Assembly (NCBI GenBank): GCA_051439605.1
Contig: JBFRWN010000044.1
Span: 109,853 to 141,852 of the forward strand
DNA: 32,000 nt
DNA from: Synechococcus sp.
GTDB lineage: Bacteria; Cyanobacteriota; Cyanobacteriia; Thermostichales; PCC-7336
Direction: 5' to 3'
The notes beneath the pieces are model-generated. The model was given only the letters and a program-made list of their open reading frames with translations, was not told where the DNA came from and did not search any database. A program made the translations under genes and the position numbers. This document shows, in pieces, positions 10,166 to 18,956 of the stretch. How positions within the stretch are numbered: the first letter of the stretch is position 1; the number at the start of each line of letters is the position of its first letter.

Positions 10166-11395
10166 TTGAACGTCAACACGATACTGCCGGAAAAGGAAAG
10201 TCGAGTGGGTTTAGATTGGCAGCGAGCTAGGCGAGAGACTCCGGGGTGCGATCGTGTGCTGCACTTTAATAATGCAGGGGCAGCCTTGATGCCAGCCCCC
10301 GTGGTAGATGCCACCATTGAGCATCTACGTCTGGAAGCTCAAATCGGTGGCTATGAGGCAGCTGCAATGGCAAGCGATGCCGTGAATCGGGTCTACGATG
10401 CCACCGCAACCCTCTTGGGATGCACCGCTAGCGAAATCGCCATTGTTGAAAACGCCACTCGCGCTTGGGACATGGCCTTCTACTCCATTCCCTTTCAACC
10501 GGGCGATCGCATCTTGACAGCAGTATCCTCCTACGCCAGCAACTACATTGCCTTTTTACAGATTGCTCAAAAATATGGAGTTGATATTCAAGTCATTCCT
10601 AACGATGAGGTTGGGCAAATCTCCATTACGGCCCTATCGAAGGCGATCGACGATCGCGCCAAACTCATTGCCCTCACCCACGTCCCCACCAATGGAGGTC
10701 TGGTGAATCCCGCGGCGGCGGTGGGCAAATTGGCTCGTGCCGCTAACGTGCTGTATCTACTAGATGCCTGCCAGTCGGTGGGGCAAATGCCCACTAATGT
10801 GAAAGAAATCGGCTGCGACTTTCTGTCTGCCACGGGGCGAAAGTACCTTCGCGGTCCCAGGGGAACGGGTTTCCTATATGTGGATCGCAAGCGAATCGAG
10901 CAGTTTGAGCCTCCGTTCCTAGACATGATGGCGGCGGCGTGGGTGGAAAGGAATCGATACCAAGTCAGATCGGATGCCCGTCGCTTTGAAACCTGGGAAA
11001 CCAACTATGCAGGCAAGATCGGACTGGGAGTGGCAATTGACTACGCCCTGCAATGGGGGCTGGAGAATGTCGAGAGTCGCATCCGGCACCTGGCCCAACG
11101 GCTGCGGCAGCAACTGTCCGAGATTCCTGCTGTCACCGTTCACGATTTAGGGCAAATCCAATGCGGCATTGTGACGTTTACGGTGGCCAACCATGCAGCG
11201 ACGGCGATCGCCCATCAGTTGCGTGCGGCAGCTATGAATACCTCCGTATCAGTCCTCTCCTCCACCCGCTTGGATATGGAAACCCGCCAACACACCGAGT
11301 TTGTTCGGGCTTCCGTCCACTACTTCAACAGCCATTCTGAAGTCGATAGCTTCTGCGAGCATCTGGAAACCCTGACGTCTACAAGCCACCTTTAG
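10166..11395 (+). CDS. Class-V aminotransferase-fold PLP enzyme (cysteine desulfurase-like)
   Basis: 409-aa ORF: LHFNNAGAALMP, LTHVPTNGGLVNPAAAVG, YLLDACQSVGQMP, CDFLSATGRKYLRGPRGTGFLYV (PLP Lys region). Confidence 0.85.
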   Translation: MNVNTILPEKESRVGLDWQRARRETPGCDRVLHFNNAGAALMPAPVVDATIEHLRLEAQIGGYEAAAMASDAVNRVYDATATLLGCTASEIAIVENATRAWDMAFYSIPFQPGDRILTAVSSYASNYIAFLQIAQKYGVDIQVIPNDEVGQISITALSKAIDDRAKLIALTHVPTNGGLVNPAAAVGKLARAANVLYLLDACQSVGQMPTNVKEIGCDFLSATGRKYLRGPRGTGFLYVDRKRIEQFEPPFLDMMAAAWVERNRYQVRSDARRFETWETNYAGKIGLGVAIDYALQWGLENVESRIRHLAQRLRQQLSEIPAVTVHDLGQIQCGIVTFTVANHAATAIAHQLRAAAMNTSVSVLSSTRLDMETRQHTEFVRASVHYFNSHSEVDSFCEHLETLTSTSHL

Positions 11396-11566
11396 GTATA
11401 CGGACCTGTGAAAATTGCCCTCTCTCTTCATCGCGCTCTCTATCTAGCCACATTGAACTATCTGTAGTGCATTAAGTTCATACTAAAAAATATTTCCCAC
11501 CACATATGGTGTAAAGGAGCTATTATTGGCATCAAGTGCTCCCGAACGCACTGTTTTGCCAATTGA

Positions 11567-12871
11567 TTGTTGAAGCAACTTATGGCACCAAACGACCCCA
11601 ACCTAGAGGCCCTCAAGACTCGCGTCCATCAGCAGGCGCAGGCATTAGCGGAGTCAGAGTCGCTTGCCATGCAAAACATGCAATATGCAGCCGAGTTGGA
11701 ACAACAACTCAATAGTTGCCAAGCTATGTTAAACACCCAAGACGTAACTGATGACAACATCAGCCTTTTGCAAACCCAGCTAACCGCCAGCAAACAGCAG
11801 TTGGAGCACCTCCAAGCTGATGTTGAGCGGGTGGTAGGGGAGCGAGATCGTCTAAGGCAAGACTTTGATACCGCACAACAGCGGTGCCAGCAACTGGAGC
11901 AATCGGCGAATAAAATTGCCAAACTCCAAAGCATTGCCGCCACCTTGAAGGTGGAACGGGACGAGCTAGCCCAGAAGCTTGAACAGGCTAAAACTGCGGT
12001 TGCGAACGTGCACTCAACAGAGCGCACGCTACAGCAAGTTCAGCAAAGCCAAGCAGAGCTAAAAGATCGAACACAACAGGTCACCCACGAGCGAGATACC
12101 ATGGCCAAACAGCTAGAGGAACTACAAGCTCAACTTGAGGGGGGAGAGTCAGAGCAGTTGAAGGCTGCTCAAAGGCGGCAAGAGGTCGCCGAGGCCCATC
12201 ACTACGTTCTCAAACGTCAGTACGAATCATTGCAAGAGCGGGTCAAAGAGCTGGAGAAGGAATGCGCCCAAGCCCATGCCCAGGCTCAAGAGTGCGATCG
12301 TGAAATGGCTCAGATCGAGCGCGCCAAAATCGAACTATTGGATCGATGCGATCGCCTTGAGGCGAACAATCAAACTCTACAGGCGAACAATCAAACTCTG
12401 CAGACTCAGCTCGACAGCCTCCATCAAGAAACAAGTCCTACACACACAACCCCAGAGCCCCTCTCAGTCGATTTTGTGCAACTGGAAAATGCCAAACAAG
12501 TTCTGCAGCAGGAACTGGTGGCACTGAGAGCCGAGAACCAAGCCCTGCAAGCCCAATTAGACGAACATCGCGATCGGGGAAGCGAGGAGAAAAAGGAGGC
12601 GACAACTGACGAACCCACAGATAAATCGTTCGTGCAATCTGTACGGGAAGCCACGGCTAGCTGCGACGTTCCTCCTAGCCCTAGCATCTATGATGCTAAG
12701 TTACCCTCCATTCCTCCACTGGAGATAATGGATCGCACTGTACCCAGTTCCAAGAATTTCGACCGCAGGGTGTTTAACCTAGCAGCTGCTTCAGCAGAAT
12801 CAGTCACCCCCAACAATACTATTGTTCGGCCCAAAGTCGTAGAACTGCCCGCATTCGTGCGGAGACGGTAG
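11567..12871 (+). CDS. Coiled-coil protein of unknown function
   Basis: 434-aa ORF dominated by heptad-like Q/E/L-rich sequence (ELEQQLNSCQAMLNTQ..., LEHLQADVERVVGERDRLRQDF...). Translation begins just after the upstream spacer. Confidence 0.7.
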   Translation: MLKQLMAPNDPNLEALKTRVHQQAQALAESESLAMQNMQYAAELEQQLNSCQAMLNTQDVTDDNISLLQTQLTASKQQLEHLQADVERVVGERDRLRQDFDTAQQRCQQLEQSANKIAKLQSIAATLKVERDELAQKLEQAKTAVANVHSTERTLQQVQQSQAELKDRTQQVTHERDTMAKQLEELQAQLEGGESEQLKAAQRRQEVAEAHHYVLKRQYESLQERVKELEKECAQAHAQAQECDREMAQIERAKIELLDRCDRLEANNQTLQANNQTLQTQLDSLHQETSPTHTTPEPLSVDFVQLENAKQVLQQELVALRAENQALQAQLDEHRDRGSEEKKEATTDEPTDKSFVQSVREATASCDVPPSPSIYDAKLPSIPPLEIMDRTVPSSKNFDRRVFNLAAASAESVTPNNTIVRPKVVELPAFVRRR

Positions 12872-12948
12872 AGAGCAGCGCAGTGGCTAGTTGGATCGGC
12901 CAGTACGTGCGAACTTTAACTAGCGACGACCCGTTTGTGTTTGCCCTC

Positions 12949-12972
12949 AGATCCCCCGTATTTGGGGGATCT
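12949..12972 (+). terminator. Putative terminator of the coiled-coil gene
   Basis: Perfect 9-bp inverted repeat AGATCCCCC-gtattt-GGGGGATCT followed by pyrimidine-rich TCTCTATTCT. Confidence 0.55.
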
Positions 12973-13080
12973 TCTCTATTCTGAGCTTAGGGCCTAGTTG
13001 CTTGCAGGCTTTTCCAGGTAAGGGCTGAGCAGCATATGCTATCTCTGCTGGTCGTAGAAATTGGTATGTAAGGAGTCTAC

Positions 13081-14379
13081 GTGAAGCGACCGATTGCAGT
13101 CGATCTGTTCGCCGGAGCTGGGGGAATGAGCTTGGGATTCGAGCAAGCTGGGTTTGAGGTCTTGGCAGCGGTGGAAATTGATCCCATCCATTGCGCCGTG
13201 CACGAATTTAATTTCCCTTTTTGGCGGATGTTTTGCCGCAGCGCAGCAGACATTACCGGAAGGGAGATTCGTGAAGATTCCGCCATTGGCGATCGCTCCA
13301 TCGATGTTGTGTTTGGTGGTCCACCCTGTCAAGGATGCTCCACCATTGGCAAGCGGGCGTTAAACGATCCCCGCAATGGGTTGATGCTCCACTTCCTAAG
13401 GTTAGTGCTGGAACTTCAACCCCGCTATTTCGTAATGGAAAACGTCAGAGGGCTGACAATCGGTCGCCATCGCCAGCTGCTCAAGGAGCTGATAGCAAGC
13501 TTCGCAGACAGCGGCTATCAGATCGTGCAGCAGTACCAAGTCTTAAATGCAGCCCATTTTGGAGTACCGCAGGATCGACAGCGCTTGTTTCTGATGGGGG
13601 CACGAGCGGGTGAACCTTTGGCCCAATATCCCAATCCCACTGTCCTCCCTGCCCGACCCATCCATAATGCAGGATTTCAGGAGGGAGCGACTTCGGAAGA
13701 GCTACCCAACGGCCCGACGGTGGCGGATGCCATTGCCGATCTCCCCGATATCGAACAATATGACGTACTGTTCCAGCAGGATTGGATGGGGGTGGGCCTC
13801 GCCCCGGAAGCCAGCAACTATGCCAAACTTTTGCGCGGCGATCTCCACTCCCCACAAGATTTCTCTTACCGACGTCAGTCTCCCTACACGGGGTTAACTT
13901 GCAGCGGTCGCACCCGCCACAGCGTTGCCACCATCGAGCGCTTCCGCCGCACCGAGCCCGGCACGGTAGATCGCGTCAGTCGCTTTCTCAAACTGCATCC
14001 CGATGGCCTTTGTAATACCTTGCGGGCGGGAACCCCCAGCAGTCGAGGGGCGTTTACATCTCCTCGTCCCATTCATCCATTCACCCCCCGCTGCATCACC
14101 GTCCGCGAAGCAGCTAGGCTCCATTCATACCCTGATTGGTTCCGCTTCCACTCCACAAAGTGGCATGGCTTTCGCCAAATTGGTAATTCTGTGCCGCCGC
14201 TACTGGCGCGGGCGGTGGCCTCCCAGGTGATACAGGCCTTGAACATCTGCCCTCGGCGACCTCGCAAAATATATCCTTTAGGGGACCCTCAACTGCTACA
14301 TCTCAAAATGACTCAAGCATCTGCCCGCTACAACGTCAGCAAACACACCATTGCCCCGCGACAGCGAATTGAAGTCTAA
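13081..14379 (+). CDS. DNA (cytosine-5) methyltransferase, apparently solitary
   Basis: 432-aa ORF, GTG start. Motif I DLFAGAGGMSLGFEQAGF, motif IV GGPPCQG, motif VI VMENVRG, motif VIII QDRQRLFLMG, motif X FRQIGNSVPPLLARAVA. No restriction endonuclease is recognisable next to it. Confidence 0.93.
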   Translation: MKRPIAVDLFAGAGGMSLGFEQAGFEVLAAVEIDPIHCAVHEFNFPFWRMFCRSAADITGREIREDSAIGDRSIDVVFGGPPCQGCSTIGKRALNDPRNGLMLHFLRLVLELQPRYFVMENVRGLTIGRHRQLLKELIASFADSGYQIVQQYQVLNAAHFGVPQDRQRLFLMGARAGEPLAQYPNPTVLPARPIHNAGFQEGATSEELPNGPTVADAIADLPDIEQYDVLFQQDWMGVGLAPEASNYAKLLRGDLHSPQDFSYRRQSPYTGLTCSGRTRHSVATIERFRRTEPGTVDRVSRFLKLHPDGLCNTLRAGTPSSRGAFTSPRPIHPFTPRCITVREAARLHSYPDWFRFHSTKWHGFRQIGNSVPPLLARAVASQVIQALNICPRRPRKIYPLGDPQLLHLKMTQASARYNVSKHTIAPRQRIEV

Positions 14380-14436
14380 CACTTCTGATCTGGGGCTCGC
14401 TGTCACAAACTCCCAGTCCCGCGTCAGGGGATTGAG

Positions 14437-14787
14437 GTGGCCTGCAAGGTGAAACGGAGCCAGGGACGGGGGGTGCAGCGCCGCAAGCCTGAACATCCCT
14501 ACACCGCCCTCTCACCCAAATCGGAGGTCCATGCCAACCATTGCGAGGCTCACAACAGCAGTATTTGTCCACGCTGGAGTGCCTATCGACGACGCCAAAA
14601 CCACTACGCCAAACATCAGGCAGGGTTGAACCCAGCCATAACGGCCCTTCCCCTCATTCATAACTGGGCGAGAATTCATCCCTCTCTACCCAGAGCAACC
14701 ACCCCGGCCATGGCGATCGGCTTCATTGACAAATCACTCAAGCTCTCAGAAATATGCTCCTGTCGAGGATTTCATGACTTACAGTAA
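14437..14787 (+). pseudogene. Degraded transposase C-terminal fragment (IS1-like DDE family appearance)
   Basis: KSEVHANHCEAHNSSICPRWSAYRRRQNHYAKHQAGLNPAITALPLIHNWARIHPSLPRATTPAMAIGF (from about 14515) resembles the 'EIHANHxEAxNSxLRRRxSAFRRRTNTYAK..GLQR.L...W.IHNF.R.H.....PAxALG' tail of transposases. No catalytic N-terminal part is present. Confidence 0.5.
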
Positions 14788-14841
14788 TTTCTGTCCAGTG
14801 CCCAAGATTATCCGTGATGAGTACTAGAAAGGGGTATTGCC

Positions 14842-15984
14842 ATGACGATTGTGCGATCGACATTGACCTATTACTGGAATGAATGGTTCTGTAAGCTAAC
14901 CGGACGATTTCGGGCCCATCCCCCCGATCGGCCGGACTATAACGGCGTCTATATTTCTCATGACTACGACCTAAAAAAGAGGGGGGATTGCGATCGCGGT
15001 TCTTACATCGAGATCTATTCACCCAAGCTAGTGTATTCGGAGAATGATACTCCTCCTCGTGTCGTGATTTATCTACATGGCTTTGATTTGGGGGCATCGC
15101 AGATTTACCGCAGCCATATTGAACACTTGGTTAAGCAGGGCTTCTATGTCTTTTATCCCAACTTTCAAACGGGATTCTGCAGTTTTCCCGATTCAACGAA
15201 TTCAAGGAATGACTTCTTTGAATCGGTGGAAGAGCTGATTCAATCCACCATTGGAGAGGGGTTAATTGCCCCTCAAGGGGAATGGATGGAGAACGCCTTG
15301 GATAGCGTGGAATCAGCCTATTCTTTGGTGTTTGGGGAATCGAATCCCGTAGACACCTACCTTTTCGGACATTCTCTGGGGGGCTTGTTTGCCCTCAGTT
15401 GGGCCTATTACGTCGATACAGAAAATCGCGATCCAAGATTGCGGCCCAAGCAGGTGGTCGCGGCAGATCCGGTGACGGATACGGAAACGATTAACTTCCC
15501 TGGTAAGCTCGGAAAAATCATCGATAAGTTCACTGATAAGGTGGACATTCGCACCACTGGCAGCCATTTAGACGTGCCGGTGGCGATCGTGCATGGCAAT
15601 GACGATGTCATCGTGCCGAAGGCGAAGTGGAATGGTCCATTTGAGGCGATCGCCACCGAACACAAAGCGATGTTTTTGTCGTTTTCGGATGCTTACGGCT
15701 GTCCGGCAATGTATGCCAACCACGAGCAAGCCACCACCGATACAAGCTTTTTTCCCCGGTTTTTGGCGCTGACGATTTTGGATGGGGTGGGGGCTGAGAA
15801 CGATTTGGACTGGCGCTACATTTGGCATGCGTTGGACTATGCCGTGCGTGGAGGCGATACCGTTAAGGTCAATCATGTTTGCTTCGAGATGGGGAATTGG
15901 TCCGACGGTCACCCGGTGATTCCCATTCAGCGCTATCTCCCCGTGACGACAGAGATTGAACCAGAGAAAAGGATGTTGGGTTAG
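14842..15984 (+). CDS. Alpha/beta-hydrolase fold protein
   Basis: 380-aa ORF: VVIYLHGFDLGASQIYRSHIEHLVKQGFYVFYPNF, nucleophile elbow TYLFGHSLGGLFALSWAY, late acid/His region VAIVHGNDDVIVP. Confidence 0.8.
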   Translation: MTIVRSTLTYYWNEWFCKLTGRFRAHPPDRPDYNGVYISHDYDLKKRGDCDRGSYIEIYSPKLVYSENDTPPRVVIYLHGFDLGASQIYRSHIEHLVKQGFYVFYPNFQTGFCSFPDSTNSRNDFFESVEELIQSTIGEGLIAPQGEWMENALDSVESAYSLVFGESNPVDTYLFGHSLGGLFALSWAYYVDTENRDPRLRPKQVVAADPVTDTETINFPGKLGKIIDKFTDKVDIRTTGSHLDVPVAIVHGNDDVIVPKAKWNGPFEAIATEHKAMFLSFSDAYGCPAMYANHEQATTDTSFFPRFLALTILDGVGAENDLDWRYIWHALDYAVRGGDTVKVNHVCFEMGNWSDGHPVIPIQRYLPVTTEIEPEKRMLG

Positions 15985-16099
15985 GGAGATTATTTTAGAA
16001 AGGGGGATTGCCTGGAGGATTACTAACTGTATAGAAGGATGCGGAATTTTCAGGAAACCCGTTTAGACTGGTTCCAATTCGGTCAGGCCAGTCCTCATC

Positions 16100-16561
16100 A
16101 TGCCGCGATACGCCACTGTTGCTGACCATCTCACCCAAGTGGAATTAAAGCGCCGTTACCAAAAGGCCACCGACCCAGTGGAGGGTCGGCGGTATCACTT
16201 GATGTGGCTGGTTAAGGGGGGACGATCGCTGAAGCAGGCAGCTGAGGTGGTGGGACTAAACTACGACTATGCCAAGGACTTGCTCAAAGCCTATAACAGC
16301 CAAGGACCCGAGGCGTTGAGCAATGGTCGCAAACGTCCCTATCGCAGGGGACGACCAACATTGCTCAACGACGAGCAGCTGCAGCTGCTTCGATCGACCC
16401 TCACGCAGCCTCCTAAGGATGGTGGCAATTGGACAGGTCCAAAGGTGGCCAAGTGGATCGAAAAGCTAACGGGAAAAAGGGTGTGGCCTCAGCGGGGTTG
16501 GGAGTACTTGAAACGCTGTGGCTACGAGCTGAAGCGATCTCACGATCGGCAAACGAATTAA
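16100..16561 (+). pseudogene. N-terminal HTH part of an IS630-like transposase (remnant)
   Basis: 153-aa ORF: YHLMWLVKGGRSLKQAAEVVGLNYDYAKDLLKAYNSQGPEALSNGRKRPYRRGRPTLL...GVWPQRGWEYLKRCGYELKRSHDRQTN*. The double HTH linker arrangement is typical, but the DDE domain that should follow is absent. Confidence 0.65.
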
Positions 16562-16676
16562 CACAATGCCGGACCAACCTTGAACGCTTTGTAGATTATT
16601 TCTTCAATCTATAAGTTCAGCCAGGGTAACTGACTCTGCATGTAAGAATACTAGGGCCGAGTCGCGACCTGGAGGG

Positions 16677-17837
16677 GTGACGATGAAAGACAAGCTCCAA
16701 CTCATGATTCCCGGGCCTACCCCAGTGCCCGAAAGCGCTTTGCTGGCTTTGGCAAAGCATCCTGAAGGACACCGCAGCCCTAGCTTCTCAGCTGTTGTTG
16801 CAGACGTTTCCGACAAACTACGCTGGCTGCACCAAACCCAAAATGATGTGTTTATTCTCTCCGCTAGCGGCACCGGTGCGATGGAAGCTGGCCTCGTCAA
16901 TGTCCTCAGCCCCGGCGATCGCGTTTTGTGCGGCGTTAACGGCAAGTTCGGTCAACGGTGGGCGGATATGGCCGACGTGTTTGGCCTTCAGTGCGAGCGC
17001 ATCGAATCCGAATGGGGCATTCCCTACCCTGTTGAAACCTTCGCCGAGAAATTAAGGTCGGATACCGGCAAGACCATCAAGGCCGTCATCCTCACCCACA
17101 GCGAAACCTCCAGTGCCGTCCTGAATGACGTACAGGCCATCGCCGAACTCGTCAAAGAGCACGGTGAAGCGCTCACCATCGTGGATGGCGTCACCAGCGT
17201 CGGAGCCACCAGCGTGCCAATGGACGAATGGGGCCTAGATATCGTCGCCTCCGGTTCCCAAAAGGGCTATATGATTCCCCCCGGTTTGGGCTTTGTAGCA
17301 GTCAGCGAACGGGCCATGTCCGCCGTCGCCACCTCCAAACTGCCGAAGTACTACTGGAGCTTTGCCATGGCTAAAAAGAGCCTCGGCAAAAACACCACCC
17401 CCTTCACCCCTGCCGTAAACATGATTTACGCGCTGCAAGCCAGCCTCGACATGATGAAAGAGGAAGGGCTGGAGAACATTTTTACCCGCCATCTAAAACT
17501 GCGAGACGCCACCCGTGCCGGAGCCAAAGCCCTCGGTCTGGGCCTGCTGGCGGCTGACGACAGCTCCGCCAGCACCGCCGTCACCGCGATTGTCGCCCCC
17601 GATGGTATCAATGCCGAAGATATCCGTGCCATTATTTCGAAACGATTTGACATCGCCCTCGCCGCAGGTCAAGACTCTTACAAAGGCAAAATCTTCCGTG
17701 TCGGTCACTTGGGCTTCATCTGCGATCGCGACATCTTGACCACTTTTACGGCCATTGAAGCAGCCCTTGCGGAGTTGGGCTATCGCTTCACTCCCGGTGC
17801 CGGAGTAACTGCAGCCTCTAAAGTTCTAGCTGGCTAA
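16677..17837 (+). CDS. Alanine-glyoxylate / serine-glyoxylate aminotransferase family protein
   Basis: 386-aa ORF: MIPGPTPVPESAL, HRSPSFSAV, ILSASGTGAMEAGLVNVLSPGDRVL, LTHSETSSAVLND, IVDGVTSVGA, DIVASGSQKGYMIPPGLGFVAVSE. Confidence 0.93.
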   Translation: MTMKDKLQLMIPGPTPVPESALLALAKHPEGHRSPSFSAVVADVSDKLRWLHQTQNDVFILSASGTGAMEAGLVNVLSPGDRVLCGVNGKFGQRWADMADVFGLQCERIESEWGIPYPVETFAEKLRSDTGKTIKAVILTHSETSSAVLNDVQAIAELVKEHGEALTIVDGVTSVGATSVPMDEWGLDIVASGSQKGYMIPPGLGFVAVSERAMSAVATSKLPKYYWSFAMAKKSLGKNTTPFTPAVNMIYALQASLDMMKEEGLENIFTRHLKLRDATRAGAKALGLGLLAADDSSASTAVTAIVAPDGINAEDIRAIISKRFDIALAAGQDSYKGKIFRVGHLGFICDRDILTTFTAIEAALAELGYRFTPGAGVTAASKVLAG

Positions 17838-17860
17838 CCCCCATTAAACGCATACGCTTG

Positions 17861-17899
17861 CTCGCTGATTCCGCAATGGGGTGTCGGCGAGTGATTTTT
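17861..17899 (+). terminator. Intrinsic terminator of the aminotransferase gene
   Basis: CTCGCTGA (17861-17868) pairs with TCGGCGAG (17884-17891, one G-U) and is followed by TGATTTTTA, 24 nt after the stop codon. Confidence 0.65.
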
Positions 17900-17901
17900 A
17901 C

Positions 17902-17919
17902 AGCGACCGTCAAGTCGCT
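17902..17919. repeat. Dispersed hairpin repeat, copy C
   Basis: AGCGAC-CGTCAA-GTCGCT followed by GAGGTCATCTCAG. Confidence 0.45.
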
Positions 17920-18115
17920 GAGGTCATCTCAGATGCCCAGAACCCAGACTGGGAATAGATCTTGCTGTTCTAGCGGACATAGCAACACCGAATAGGTGAC
18001 GAGCGAATCCCCTCAAGCAATTGATAAGACAATGACTTGAAATCCTGAGGGATGCATAAAACCCACGCCATCATGAACCTATTAAGACAGACCGAGAAAT
18101 CTCACTGATAAACTC

Positions 18116-18712
18116 ATGATTAAAAACGATCGCTGGATTACCACCCAGTCGATAAAAGGAATGCTCGATCCCTTCGAGCCCCAACTGGTCCGGCAGGTGG
18201 AATCCCCCAACGCTGTCCCCCGCCAAGTCCTCAGCTACGGACTTTCCTCCTACGGCTACGACATTCGCCTGTCCCCTGCCGACTTCCGCATCTTCCGTCA
18301 CATCCCAGGCACGGTGGTAGACCCCAAACACTTCAACCCCGACAATCTAGAATCCACCCCACTCCATTCGGACGACAGTGGCGATTTTTTCATCTTGCCA
18401 GCTCACTCCTATGGTTTGGGGGTGGCGATCGAACGGCTGGAAGTGCCCCCCAATATCACCACGATCTCAATTGGAAAGAGTACCTACGCCCGTTGCGGCA
18501 TCATCGCCAACCTCACCCCGGCAGAAGCTAGCTGGCGCGGTCACCTCACCCTTGAATTTTCTAATGCCTCCAGTGCCGATTGCCGTATCTATGCCAACGA
18601 AGGAGTCGTACAACTCTTATTCTTAGAAGGAGAACCCTGCGCCACAACCTACGCCGATCGCGCGGGCAAATATCAAGATCAACCCCAACAGGTGATTGTG
18701 GCTCGGGTATAA
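18116..18712 (+). CDS. dcd: dCTP deaminase
   Basis: 198-aa ORF: MIKNDRWI, LSSYGYDIRLSPADFRIF, LPAHSYGLGVAIERLEVPPNITTISIGKSTYARCGIIANLTPAEASWRGHLTLEFSN, EGVVQLLFLEGEPC. Confidence 0.93.
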   Translation: MIKNDRWITTQSIKGMLDPFEPQLVRQVESPNAVPRQVLSYGLSSYGYDIRLSPADFRIFRHIPGTVVDPKHFNPDNLESTPLHSDDSGDFFILPAHSYGLGVAIERLEVPPNITTISIGKSTYARCGIIANLTPAEASWRGHLTLEFSNASSADCRIYANEGVVQLLFLEGEPCATTYADRAGKYQDQPQQVIVARV

Positions 18713-18956
18713 CGACAGCCGCGCAATCCTGGCAGTCCTCCGATCTGTCACGGAGGATGCACCCACGGAATTCCTTACGATTGCCAGCATGAATCCGATT
18801 TCCATAAAGAATTCGTACCCAAACACTAAACTCCATAGGCACCTATGAATGGATACTTTAGAGTGGGGATGGGAAAATTCCAGTACTCCAGCACACGATA
18901 CTTTGTGTCCGTCCGGATCCCGCCCCGCATATTTCGGAGCATTGCAGCGGTAGGTA

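Noticed and set aside
13081-14379. Complete restriction-modification system
   Set aside because: Neighbouring genes (coiled-coil protein, alpha/beta-hydrolase, transposase fragment) do not look like endonucleases, so only an orphan methyltransferase is claimed.
18840-18860. Small palindrome CATAGGCACCTATG upstream of the caspase-like gene
   Set aside because: The stem is too short and unsupported by other copies to claim an operator or regulatory site.
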